Shown here in pieces: positions 23,751 through 35,762 of a DNA stretch of 64,000 bases. Numbering within the stretch: the first letter of the stretch is position 1; every line of letters begins with the position of its first letter. A program made the translations under genes and the position numbers. A model generated the notes under the pieces. That model did no database searches, was not told the origin of the DNA, and saw only the letters and a list, made by a program, of their open reading frames with translations. This DNA comes from Octopus sinensis (taxonomy: Eukaryota): the NCBI RefSeq assembly GCF_006345805.1, contig NW_021832432.1, positions 434,001-498,000 of the forward strand, given 5' to 3'.

Positions 23751-25015
23751 ATGCCTGCATGACATCGTCCTCCATTTTACCTGACAAAGAGGTATTAACC
23801 CGTATTAATCCCAAAATACATGGTAAACTGTAAACTATTGTTCTCTCTTCCTTCCAGTTACATTCATTTATTTTATTTTGCATTATATTCACTTGTAAAC
23901 AATTTCAACTTTGAATAATTCTTAAAATCAAAGTGCACAAAGTAAAAATTATTAACTTCTAGCTGTTATTAAGTAGTTTACTTTCTTTTTTTTTGAATAA
24001 AACTTGAATAAAAAATTACGGAGATCTAATTGCATAGCAAGTGACTTGATCTGAGATCGTGTGCTGAAACAAAAACAATTGCAACAATCTGTTCACTGAC
24101 AAAACTTCAGCACAAAGTTTTGTCAGTGAACAGGTCGTGGTTGAAGTGTTCTTATATATTGTTATATATATAATGAAGGATTTAAAATTGTGGTATGTGT
24201 ACTTTAAATTGAGTTTTGTATAATGAAACATGGGTGAGTTCATATCAGAAGGGTTAATTTCAGAGAAACTAGTTTCAATTCCACTGCATGGATCCTTGAA
24301 TAAGTGGCTTGTACTTGTGACCAGAATTGGCAATGGCTAACTGCAACAAGGAACCTTTCGTGTGTGTGTGTATGTAAAAATTATTGTTTGTGTGTTGGTG
24401 TGTGTGGGCATAAGTGTGTGTATGTTGTGTCTTCTCATTGTCTTGACATTGCCTGACAGACAAGAGGAAATAGTATCTTACTTGGAAACAAGAGAAGGTT
24501 GAGAAAATGAAGGACATCTGGATGAGAAAAATTGCCTCAATACATCTTGTCTTTCCCACAGTTGCATTGAAAAAATGAACAGTAAAATAATTAGCGGGTG
24601 GCAATGCTAAGCAGTGATGTGTACAAATACAAGGTTTAAATATGCTCCTGGCATATTCAAACCTGTAAGAAAGCAGTTTACTGTGTTTAGTCATGGAGAA
24701 AATTCCTTGTAGACAAATGCTGTAAATACACCTAAAATCAGCTCACAGACTGTGAGATGCAAACATTTCAGAGTAATTATCGCCTCTTCAGCCACAAAAA
24801 CCAGGCAGGGATTTGTGGTTGTGAGGTGCACTATGAGCTGATAAGAGAGATTGTCTCTCTTATGATATTTCCATCATTGTATAATGACTGGTAGCGCTAA
24901 TCAGTAACTCACTGTAAACAAATTATCGGGTGGTAGCAATAAGCAGTGATTAGTATAAATACAAGGTTCCTACCTGTTTAAATATGCTTGTTGCATATTT
25001 GAACCAATAAGATGA

Positions 25016-25067
<52 letters not shown>

Positions 25068-25069
25068 AT

Positions 25070-25428
25070 ATATCTCCGTGCCAGTGACACGTAAAAAGCA
25101 CCACCCATTTGTGGCCGTTGCCAGCCTCGCCTAGCCTCCGTGCCAGTGGCACGTAGCACCATCCATTCGTGGCCATTGCCAGCCTCGCCTGGCCCTCGTG
25201 CCAGTGGCACGTAAAAAGCACCATCCGTCCGTGGCCGTTTGCCAGCTCCGTCTGGCACCTGTGCGGGTGGCACGTAAAAAGCACCCACTACACTCACAGA
25301 GTGGTTGGCGTTAGGAAGGGCATCCAGCCGTAGAAACACTGCCAGATCAGACTGGGCCTGATGCAGCCTTCTGGCTTCACAGACCCCAGTTGAACCGTCT
25401 AACGGATGCTAAATGATGATGATGATGA
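25070..25428 (+). mobile_element. RTE-related short element (family D) with internal ~56-bp tandem repeats
   Basis: About four gtgccagtggcacgtaaaaagcaccatcc units at 25076-25290, then gtggttggcgttaggaagggcatccagc and a (GAT)n tail. Confidence 0.8.
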
Positions 25429-25662
25429 AGAAAGCCATTCTCTGTGTTTTGCCATAATGTAAAATAATGATGATGATCAGTAAAATATATTTTATCGCTC
25501 TTTGATGAAAGCTCTTATTCAAAACATTACACTTCTTTCCCTCACTTAGATAAAATAATTTATTACTCTTTGTAAATTTTCAAATTTTTTTTTTGTAATC
25601 AATTTGTATAATTCTATATTATTTTAACATAAGAATCTTTATTGTTTTTTTTTTCTTTTCAG

Positions 25663-25786
25663 CATAAAAATCAATCTAGACGATGCAATTAAAAAGGGTG
25701 AACAGCTTTTCCATCATTATTGTAAAAAAATGGTAGATGACTGCTTTCTTGAAGTGAATCCTGGCCTTTCTTCAAAGGCACTTTAG
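25663..25786 (+). CDS. TBC domain protein, terminal coding exon
   Basis: Long polypyrimidine tract plus cag acceptor. (S)IKINLDDAIKKGEQLFHHYCKKMVDDCFLEVNPGLSSKAL, stop TAG at 25784-25786. Frame is continuous across all six exons. Confidence 0.88.
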
Positions 25787-25901
25787 AAAATCTTTATAAT
25801 TTGAAAATTTTTTTTTTTTAATATATCCTCTCAAGGAAATGACTGGACCATATTTTGCTCAGGACTTTTGATAATTGATTTTATTATTTTTATTATTATT
25901 A

Positions 25902-25951
<50 letters not shown>

Positions 25952-26414
25952 GATGAGTGCTGTGTATACTGTTAAATTCTTGGTGATCCAAGTCTAGTAC
26001 ACAGTTTTGATTTCCAATTGAAACTGCTTATGTGGCTAACCGACATCACAACTTCCTGTTTCTTCTGATAGCTTGAGGTTTCTTGCCTAAATAGGAAATC
26101 ACAATCATCAATAATTTATTATTATTACTATTTAAATAATTGTTATTATTAATATTATTGACATCATCTTCATCATCACCATCATGTCCTCAATAAGCTA
26201 CACATACTTTAGTAATCTAATTTCCTGTTTTTATTGATTTTATGAAATGTGTCATGCAATTTTAATGTTTTATCTCTTCGTATAAAACCGTATTGTTTAT
26301 ATATTTTAAATCAAAACTACTTGCTTTCAACAACTAAGAATATATCTGCCTCAGCCAAGCTAAATGATAGGTTTAGATTGTTAATGAAATATTTTTTTAA
26401 CGCTCATTTAAGCT

Positions 26415-26420
26415 AATAAA
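26415..26420 (+). terminator. Candidate polyadenylation signal of the TBC gene
   Basis: AATAAA about 630 nt after the stop, in an AT-rich repeat-free stretch. No transcript evidence. Confidence 0.3.
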
Positions 26421-27269
26421 AATTATATATATAATAGTATACTCTGCTCAGTTAACTTAAACTAAATATAAAATAGCAATCAACTACTTTTCAAACCTGT
26501 CTTTATCATATTAGGTAATTATTTACTTGTATATTGTTATCACAATAACACAGTTTTAGAATGTTTTGAGAAATATATGCAGAGTCAATAGGGCTTTTTA
26601 TTAATAATTTGATGTCAAACTGGTTTGCAACAATAATGCACTGTCAAAATGACTTTCAATAATGATGCAATGGCAATATCATTTGCCACTAGCTCAATGT
26701 CAAAAGTGTTTGATGATAACACAGCATAAAACTGGTTTGCTGCTGATGCAGTATTAAACTATAGGCACAGTTTGGCTGAATGGTTAAGTTGTTTGTTCTG
26801 CAATCAGGAGGTCCTGAGTTTAGTCCCATTCTGTAGCATCTTGGGCAAATGTCATTTTCTATAGCCTCAGGTCAACCTTTATCTTGTGAGTGGAACTGAA
26901 TAGCTGGAAACTGTATAGAGGGATGGAAGGCATGTGGCCTGATGGTTAGGGGTTGAACTCATGTTTATGAGATTATGGTTTTGATTCCTGGACTGGGTGA
27001 TGTATTGTGTTCTTGAACCAAACACTTAATTTCATGTTGTTCTGGTTCACTCAGCTGTAAATGATTTCCATTGATAGCAGGGAAGTTAACTCTGTAATGG
27101 ACTAGCATCCTGTCCAGTAGGGAATATTTTAATCTCAGTCACTTATATATCATGGAAATTGAGTTAACCTCCAACCTTCTGAGTTCTAGGGCTCAGGGAA
27201 AGGTGATGAAACTGTACAGAGGCCCGTCTAATGGATTGTACCTATAAACTGACACTTTGTCAGTTACAA

Positions 27270-27570
27270 TGATAGGAGTTCCAGTTGCTCTGATCAACAG
27301 AACAGCCTGCTTGTGAAATTAGCATGCAAGTGGCTGAGTACTCCACAGACATGTGTACCCTTAATGTAGTTCTCGGAGATATTCAGTGTGACACACCAAA
27401 TGTGATAAAGCTGGCCCTTTGAAATACATGTACAACTTATTTTTGCCAGCTGAGTGAACTGGAGAAATAAGAAATAAAGTGTCTTGCTCAAGGACACAAA
27501 GTACCGTCAGGAATCAAACTCATACCTTACAACCTCGAGCCAAATACCCTAACCACTATGCCATGCTTTT
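27270..27570 (-). mobile_element. Family B-related SINE with CORE-like domain
   Basis: Shares the aacagcctgctcgtgaaattaac..cagacacgtgtaccc 3' part with family B, joined to a tttttgccagctgagtgaactggag CORE-like segment. Similar copy at 56790-57110. Confidence 0.7.
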
Positions 27571-27944
27571 TCGCATTGTACCTATAATTCATTAAGGTAC
27601 AGCTTTGTCAAATATTTTATCAGTCTGATTCTACCTGAGAATTACATTGAAGCTACATGTGTCGATAGAATGTTCAGACACATATGCATTAGTTCAGGAG
27701 CAGGTAATTGAGTTGACCAATCGACTGAATCCTCATAAATGAACGAGAGGCCCATATTGAGGCAGTGCCAAATGGATTCATCACCACTGCAGTCTCATGA
27801 CAATTTGCCATTAATGCAATGCCAAACCAGTTTGGAGCCTGTGTTTGATTCCAACACAATGCCAAAATTATTTTGACATCATTAGTGTAATGTAGAAATA
27901 TTTTGGCTTCAGTGCAGTGTCAAGTATTACTTACTTGTGCTTGT

Positions 27945-28310
27945 GGCGACATTCACCCTGGGCAGGTTGAGTCAGCTTCTTCCATGGAAGAAGTTTCGTG
28001 GGAATATGTGGATTTCACAAGCAGTCCCCAACAATCCCGCATGTAGAGACATCCTGTTTGCCGCAGATTGTCCGCAGGCGAATGGACAGAACGACTGAGG
28101 AGCCGCCGGTTGCCGAAACAGACACTCCGAGGATTTTCACCAGAGCCCCGTCTGCCAGGTTGTGGCCCTAATACCACTTGGTGTGAGACCAATCCGCCTT
28201 GGGTGGCCCTACCAGGAACCTAAGTTCCCGACGGCATAACTCTGACACTACCCATTGCCAGCGTCCCCACCATGGTGAGGAGGGTATCAAGTATTAAGAG
28301 TACTTGGTAC
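27945..28310 (-). mobile_element. Probable RTE-clade LINE 5' UTR fragment
   Basis: GC-rich island. Minus strand gagttatgccgtcggg..cctggtagggccacccaaggc..attggtc resembles RTE 5' UTRs as recalled, not searched. Confidence 0.4.
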
Positions 28311-28828
28311 TAAATTCAATGTTGAATTAACTTTGCAGTGGTGTGCTACTGAAATAACTTTGCACCGGCCTTGTGAAAGTAATTATTTTACATCATTTTA
28401 GAGTTGATATTACATACCAACCTTCCTGACAACTTCATATTTTTGTTGACATGTTTTTACTAGAACATACTTTTTGCTCATGTCTCATTCACCAAGTGTT
28501 GAGATATGTTACATGGATGCTCATATTAACATGCAACATTTCTTATTTATTGATACATCGCATTCATCATTAACTACTGACTTAACACGATAACACTTCT
28601 CATTGGTCAAGTGTTGACTCCTCATATTGACTCAGCATTGAAATACCACTGGGATATATTACAGAAAATTCACAGTAATTTAGTATTAGCAAATATTACC
28701 ATAAGGATGCAGTGCATAGATCCCATGTTGAACTGATGCATACTAACTAGGTGTTGACTATTTTATATTACTGTCATGTGGCATATAATATGGAATTTTT
28801 TGTGAGACTAGGAACAAGGTTAAATTCA

Positions 28829-28861
<33 letters not shown>

Positions 28862-28934
28862 CACTGGAGTAAGTACATAAATGGGAAAGAAGGTGGAATA
28901 AAGAGGACTTGAATACCAGAAGTAGAGAAATATG

Positions 28935-29079
28935 CTTTATTAAAAAGCAGCTGAAAATATAACAAAAACTGTTACTCAGAGTTTCACATTCCTGTTCGCC
29001 AGACAGTTTTGTCCAACGAACGGCAACGTGAAACTCTGAGTAATGGTTTTTGTAATATTTCTGCTGCTTTTTAATAAAG
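28935..29079. repeat. 145-bp fold-back built from two inverted hammerhead-like motifs
   Basis: Arms ctttattaaaaagcagc..ttactcagagtttcac..ttcg and cgaa..gtgaaactctgagtaa..gctgctttttaataaag. Confidence 0.85.
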
Positions 29080-32000
29080 TACACATACATACATACATAT
29101 ATAGATACATATATATAGAGAGAGAGGGTGGGGATATCAGCTGAATTGATTTTATAATAATCACTGATAATGGATTAATTTATAAACTCTGGTGTAATAT
29201 AAGGTAAAGGCTGCAACTTTTGTTGAATTTGATGTCAGAATAAATTAAAGAGACATGAGACTAGTAAATGTTGCTTTACCATTTCCGCTGACTCACCATA
29301 GCTTCGTGAAACCTCTTTCAGTATTACATATTACTTCTGAGTTCCAGTTCCACCCAGTCTAGCTTTGCCTTTATTTCTTACAGGGCTGATGTTATTGATT
29401 ATGTCCCCTACCTCTTATGCTGTGTAATGTTGGTATAGATTTTTACACACTAGGTGAAAGTCATGACTATATTTGGTTGTACTAATGTTGAAACTCCAAG
29501 CTACTGTATAACATTCATAATACAGCTTTAAATCTGTTTTCACTTCACTATAGCATCAACATATTGTCTGACTGCCATAGGTTTTGAAACAGTGTTTAAC
29601 ATACTGTCACATCGCATGCCACTTTCCTATTGCAATGCTGTCATGATGTGATATAAGTCTGTTGTTGGCATTATTTCTTTTACTTGTTTCAGTCATTGGA
29701 TTGCAGCCATACTGAGGCACTGCCTTGAAGGGATTTAATTGAACAAATTGACCCTAGTACTTATTTTTATAAAACCTGGTACTTATTCTGTCAGTCTCTT
29801 TTGACACCAGTTGTCAAGCAGTGAGTGGACAGATACATACACAAAGACACACATGTAAAACATATATATATACATATATAACACACACACGCATATATCT
29901 ATATACAAATAAGAAAATGGAGGAACAGATTCCTTTCAATCATCAACCTACAGATATTACCAATTCATATTATTTATTAACTACTTAAATAGGAACATCC
30001 AAATCCAACAGAATAAAACAATATACATCAATAAGTGAGATAACCCCTATCTCACTTTGTACTATATATATATATTATATAAACAAACATATATAACATA
30101 TACATACACACACACACACACACTATGGGCTTCTTTCAGTTTCTGTCTACCGAATCTATTCACTAGGCTTTGGTTTGTCCAGGGGCTATACTAAAAAGCA
30201 CTTATCCAAAGTGTCACACAGTGGAACTGAACCCAAAGCCATGTGATTGGAAAGCTAATTTCTTACCACTCAGAGCCATCCCCATGCTTTACCATGCCTA
30301 CTCATTACCTTAGTTTATATTGTCACATGATTTTTATTTTTACTTCAATGCCTTCACCTAATTTTACCTGTGCTGATACGTAACATTCGCACATTACAAT
30401 GTTACCATAGCATTAGTACTGTGTTGTCACATCCGACCACTGCAATGTTACACTGCCATCACATCAGTTAATACACTACCACAATGTAGGCTTGTCGCAC
30501 TGTATTGTCACCCTATTGTATTGTTACACTTGCTGTTTTGCCATTTTGCCTAGATATAACATAGTCAAGGTCTCATTGCATAATACTCTCATACCCGCGT
30601 AAACTTAGTGTTGCACTATATTTTTACACCAATGTTACTGTAACGTAATGTTCCATATGAATGTATGTCGTGTTGTGTTAATATAATAATGTCTCACTGC
30701 TTTGATGTTCATGTATTACTTCATTTTGTTATCTTACCATTGTAATGTTAGCATGATGGCACATATATTTGCATATTACTTGCAATTTTATTAATTTTTT
30801 TTTTAGTATATCATTATATCACTGCAATATAGATATAACGTTTCACTGTGTTGTCAAAGTGTTGCTATGTCAATATGTGAATTCATACATATACACATAT
30901 ATGTAAATATATGCATATATGCATATGCACACATATATAAATACATACATACATACCTATCTATCTATCTGTTTGCTTGCTTGCCTGCCTGCCTATCTAT
31001 CTATCTACATCTCATCTCATATGTACCATTCTTCTCCAGTATTCTATCATACCTCTGCAGTAATACAATATTATCACTGTAGTGGTCTTGTTGTTAGGGT
31101 GCTGCACTCACTGTCACAAGATTGTGGTTTCAATTCCTGGACTGGGAAGTGCATTATGTTCTTGAGCAAAACACATCATTTCTTGTTGTTCCAGTTCACT
31201 CAGCTCTTAATGAGTAATCCTGCAACAGACTTGCATCCTTTTCAATAGTAATGTTGGGATCTTGGTCCCTTATATTAAAACCAGGTAACTAGCTGTACGA
31301 ATCCTTGGGCTTGAGACTAATGTCCAGGTGTTAATGATAATGATCATAATGACTGTAGTAATATTATAGTCACATCACTTCAATGATACCATATTATGAA
31401 ACTACTACTGCATTACAGGATTGTCATTTCACTACAATGGTGCAGCAGTGTCACACCACTATGGTTATACCATGATATCACACTATTGCAAGGAAACTCT
31501 GTTGTCACACCATACAATGATATGTTGTTGTAACACCACATCAGTAATATAGTATTGTCACACCTCTGCAGTTACAACATTATCCCATCAGTGTAGTAAT
31601 ACACCCTTGTCACACACCTGCAATGATACATTGTCATATTGGCTACGGTGATATAATGATGTTATACCTTAGCAAGGACACATTGTTATCACAACATAGC
31701 AGTTATCCAACATTGTTACATCATGACAGCAATAGACATTTTCGAGCCACTGCAATGATAATACAAAACTGTCCTGTCACTGCAATGACATACTGTTGTC
31801 AAACTACTTCAATGATACACTAATGACACGACACCGTTGCCATACATTATTGTCAAACCACTATAGTATTTGTTATACAATGCCTAATTATTCCAGCTAC
31901 AGAAACAATGAACAAACGGGGTGATTGCCCCCCCCCCCCTTGCAAATATAAGGACACAGAAAATGTGTCAAAGCCGACAGGAGACGTCGATGTTTCCTAG

Positions 32001-32199
32001 GGCTAAATGGCGGTGGTGTAATTCCCTCACGGGACTGTCACATTGAGTTGACAGTATATGACCACTATATCGCTTCACCACCGCTTATGTCTCTCTGAGA
32101 CATTTAGAAATTCAAAAACCAAGCCATAATGTCAAACCAAATTCCGTTGTCTCACAAACTGCAATTTCATCTTGCCAGATGTCAGTCTTGACCATTTTA

Positions 32200-32645
32200 T
32201 AACATAAACTATTATCATAAGATTCATGAACTGGCAGATTCATTTGTATGTGGACGAAATGCTTAGCAGCTTTTCTTCTGGCTTTACATTCTGAGTTCAA
32301 AATTCTGCTGAGGCCAACTTTGCCTTTTATCCTTCTGGGGTTAAAAAAATAGGCACCAGTTGAGTACCGGGATCGATGTAATTGACTAGACCCCTCCTAC
32401 TAAAATTTCAGGGCTTGTGTCTGTGGAAGAAAAGATTATTATTAAGATGGCAAACTGGCAGACCAAATGCTTCGTAGCATTCCTTCTGGCTTTATGTTCT
32501 GAGTTCAATTTCTGCTGAGTTTGACTTTACCTTTCACCCTTTCAGGGTTGGTAAAATAAATATCATTTAAGCTCAAGGACCAATGTAAATGACTAGCCTC
32601 CTTCCTGAAATTTCAAATCTTGTGCCTATAGTAGAAAGGATTGTT
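32200..32645 (+). mobile_element. Two tandem family C SINEs
   Basis: Each has tggcaga..aaatgctt..ttctgagttcaa..ctttgccttt..gggtt..aaaata and a gaaaggatt(g/a)tta tail (32200-32440, 32445-32645). Confidence 0.75.
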
Positions 32646-32664
32646 ATATATATATATATGTGTG

Positions 32665-32698
<34 letters not shown>

Positions 32699-32980
32699 CT
32701 AAAATTTTATTACTTGTTTCAATCATTTGACTGTGGCCATGCTGGAGCACTGCCTTTAGTCAAACAAATTGACCCCACAACTTATTCTTTGTAAGCCTAG
32801 TACTTATTTTATCAGTCTCTTTTGCCAAACCATTAAGTTACAGTGATGTAAACACACCAGCATCGGTTGTCAAGCAATACCAATGTATATATAATAGAAA
32901 TATTAAAATTAAAATAACAGTAATATACCGATGATTAAGTAAATTGCAAAATAGTAATAAAAATGTATATATTTGGTAGA

Positions 32981-33086
32981 ATAATGACACGTGTTTCATG
33001 GTTATATTTAAGAAATGATTATAGTAAAAAAATTAATAGTAGTAGTAAAATCACTCCGATATAAGTATAGCCACTCATCAGGTTAA
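32981..33086 (-). ncRNA. Type I hammerhead-like motif (Penelope-type) with intact core
   Basis: CTGATGA (33081-33075), stem II GTGGCTATA/TATAACCAT around a 59-nt loop, GAA, palindromic ACACGTGT, cleavage triplet GUC. Stem I is weak. Confidence 0.55.
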
Positions 33087-33483
33087 AAATAAACTAGAAT
33101 AATAAAATAATTAATTAATAAATATACTTTAAAATATATATATATAAGATACTAAATATACAGTAAGTGAAAACTAAAACCAATACTTAAATTATTCAAT
33201 ACTTTAAAATTAATTAATATACACAATGCTAGTACAAGCCATTAATATTGTAATCAAAATAAGAAATGGTTCAAATATAGACAAGCTCATTAAATAAGCT
33301 AACTATATAATTAATATATATGTGTAGTATCTATAGATTTAATATATCAAGTGTAATACGTTAGATCCCTTTATTAAATTATTATTTTAATTTTAATATT
33401 TCTATTATATGTAATTTTCTAGGTGGTGTAATTTGATTGTTCATTTTGAATTGATAAAAGGTGGTTTTTTCTAATTTTTATAT

Positions 33484-33529
<46 letters not shown>

Positions 33530-34173
33530 TCTATTACAAGCACAAAGCCTGAAATTATGGGTAAGGGCAAGTCAATTTAAACAGCCCCACTATTTATTTT
33601 CTCAACCCTGAAAGGACAAAACCAAGTCAACTTCAGCGGCATTTGAACTCAGAACATATAATTGGAAGAAATACTGCCAAGCAGTTTGTCTGGTGTGTGA
33701 ATTTCTGCTGCACCACTAAATGGATCTCCATGTTTCTAAGGTGTGCATAGCAGTCTTTTAGCGATGCAGAATTGTGTTTTTTATATTTGTATACTAAATC
33801 AAGTTTGGTGTTGTTATTTCTACTGTTATTTTGTCTATTGCTCAGAACGGGTTATTTCACCAGGTTCTAGTCTGTGTTTTTGAGTGATTGATAGTTCAGT
33901 GTTTTAGTGTCAGACCACGATAGTGCAGTAAGAGTACAGTGATCCCTGGACTATTGTGGGTGTTACGTTCCAAAACCTTCCACAGAAATAACGAAAATCT
34001 AAAAAAATATAAATACCCATCAGCGACAGAAACCCAGATGTACTGAAGAGTCCACAATATAAATTTACATATTAGCCAGAAAAATCTGCGATGTTCTGAG
34101 TGTGCAATAGGTGAACCGTTATGTACTGAGTGCACAATAGTTGAACCATGATATGGAGAGAGATTATTGTATA

Positions 34174-34534
34174 CTAGCAGTATCGCCCGGCGTTGCTCAG
34201 GTTTGTAAGGGAAATAACTATAAAGCATTTTTAGAGAGTTATAGCAAAAAAATGGGGAAAAAATGATGGTAAATTTTTTTTTGAGAGTTAAAAAAGGTCG
34301 AGTTGCGTCCCATAGACAGCCTGTGGTTTGTGTTTCTGATTCTCGACCCCATGTCGAATTTATCGATTTTTTTCAGAACTGGGGGAACTTTTCAAAATTT
34401 TCGCTGCGTTAGTTTTGAATTATGACATTGGGCTATGTGTGTGTCGAGTTTCATCAGAATCAGTTGAAAGCCGTGGTCAGGGTGAGGGTACAACCAAACA
34501 GACACAGACAAACTGCCGTTTATATAGAGAGAGA
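34174..34534 (-). mobile_element. Non-autonomous Helitron
   Basis: Minus strand begins a|TC(TC)n TATAT and ends with a c(t)gagcaacgccggg hairpin, 8 nt, then CTAG|t. Inserted between A and T. Confidence 0.78.
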
Positions 34535-34779
34535 TGCCGTATGGATTGTGTTTCTGTCAATGGGTGGCAACAGAGTAGTATGCAAGATGTTGATTTTATA
34601 GTGTCACATATCTGTATTTATTATGTAACAGTATGTGCTGTGTAGAGAGCACATACTGTTTGAGTTATGGGACTGAATTGAAAATGCCTTGCATTGGATG
34701 TGGGCTGTGCCAAAGAAGGTTATGTTTTGAATTGTGCATAAAGTTGTGGTTTGTTTTATGCTTTTCTTGTTTATTGTTA

Positions 34780-34920
34780 TTGTTATACAAATTCCACCGA
34801 GGTCAACTTTGCCTTTCACCCTTTCAGGGTCAATGAAATGAGTACCAGTTACACACTGGGGTCGATGTATTTGACTTATCCCCCGCCGAAATTTCAGGCC
34901 TTGTGCCTATAGCTGACAGG

Positions 34921-34983
<63 letters not shown>

Positions 34984-35420
34984 GCAGCGAGCTAGCAGAA
35001 TTGTTAGCACGCCGGGTGAAATGCTTAGTGGTATTTTGTCTGTCGCTATGTTCTTAGTTCAAATCCCTTAGGGTTGATTAAATAAGTACCAGTTATGCAC
35101 TGGGGTCAATGCAATCAACGTAATCCATTCCTCCAAATTTGAGGCCTTGCGCTTCCAGTAGAAAGGATTATTATTATTATCATTATTATCATTATTAAGG
35201 TGGTGAGCTGGCAGAATCGTAGCATGCCGGATGAAATGCTTAGCAGTATTTCATCCGTCTTCGTATTCTGAGTTCAAATTATGCCAGGATCAACTTTGCC
35301 TTTCAACATTTTTGGGGTTGATAAAATAAGTTCCAATTGAGTACTGGGGGCCGATGTATTCGACTGTCCTCCTCACCAAAACTTCAGGCTTTGTGCCAAT
35401 AGTAGAAAGGATTATTATTA
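34780..35420 (+). mobile_element. Cluster of three family C SINEs separated by (ATT)n tails
   Basis: Family C cores at about 34780-34920, 34985-35180 and 35198-35420, with an (ATT) run of about 20 units at 34920-34983. Confidence 0.78.
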
Positions 35421-35594
35421 TTATTTTTATTATTATTATTATAATACCAAGAACTCCATTTGTCATTGTTATTGTTGTCACTTTCATGCCATCATGCGCC
35501 ACATCCTCCTGCTTATTTCAATTTCAAGATCCTTGTACTTTGATGGTTTCTTCACCTTCTTCAAAGGCAATGTTTTGGCCAGAAGAGGTCATAT

Positions 35595-35726
35595 TATTGT
35601 TGTTGTTGTTGTTGTTGTGTTGTTGTTGTTATTATTATTATTATCAATATTATTATTATTATTATTATTATTACAATTATTATTATTATTATTATCATTA
35701 TTACTATTATTATTATTATTATTATA

Positions 35727-35762
<36 letters not shown>
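35595..35762. repeat. Compound (TGT)n/(TAT)n microsatellite
   Basis: Direct reading. It produces the poly-Y/poly-L pseudo-ORFs at 35354-35803. Confidence 0.95.

Noticed and set aside
24950-25339. Repetitive minus-strand ORFs (VVLFTCHWH.., GAFYVPLAR..)
   Set aside because: They are translations of family D internal repeats plus (TA)n.
29915-29960. Minus-strand TTGATGA-TT-GAAA resembling a hammerhead core
   Set aside because: No stem II and no stem I pairing could be found.
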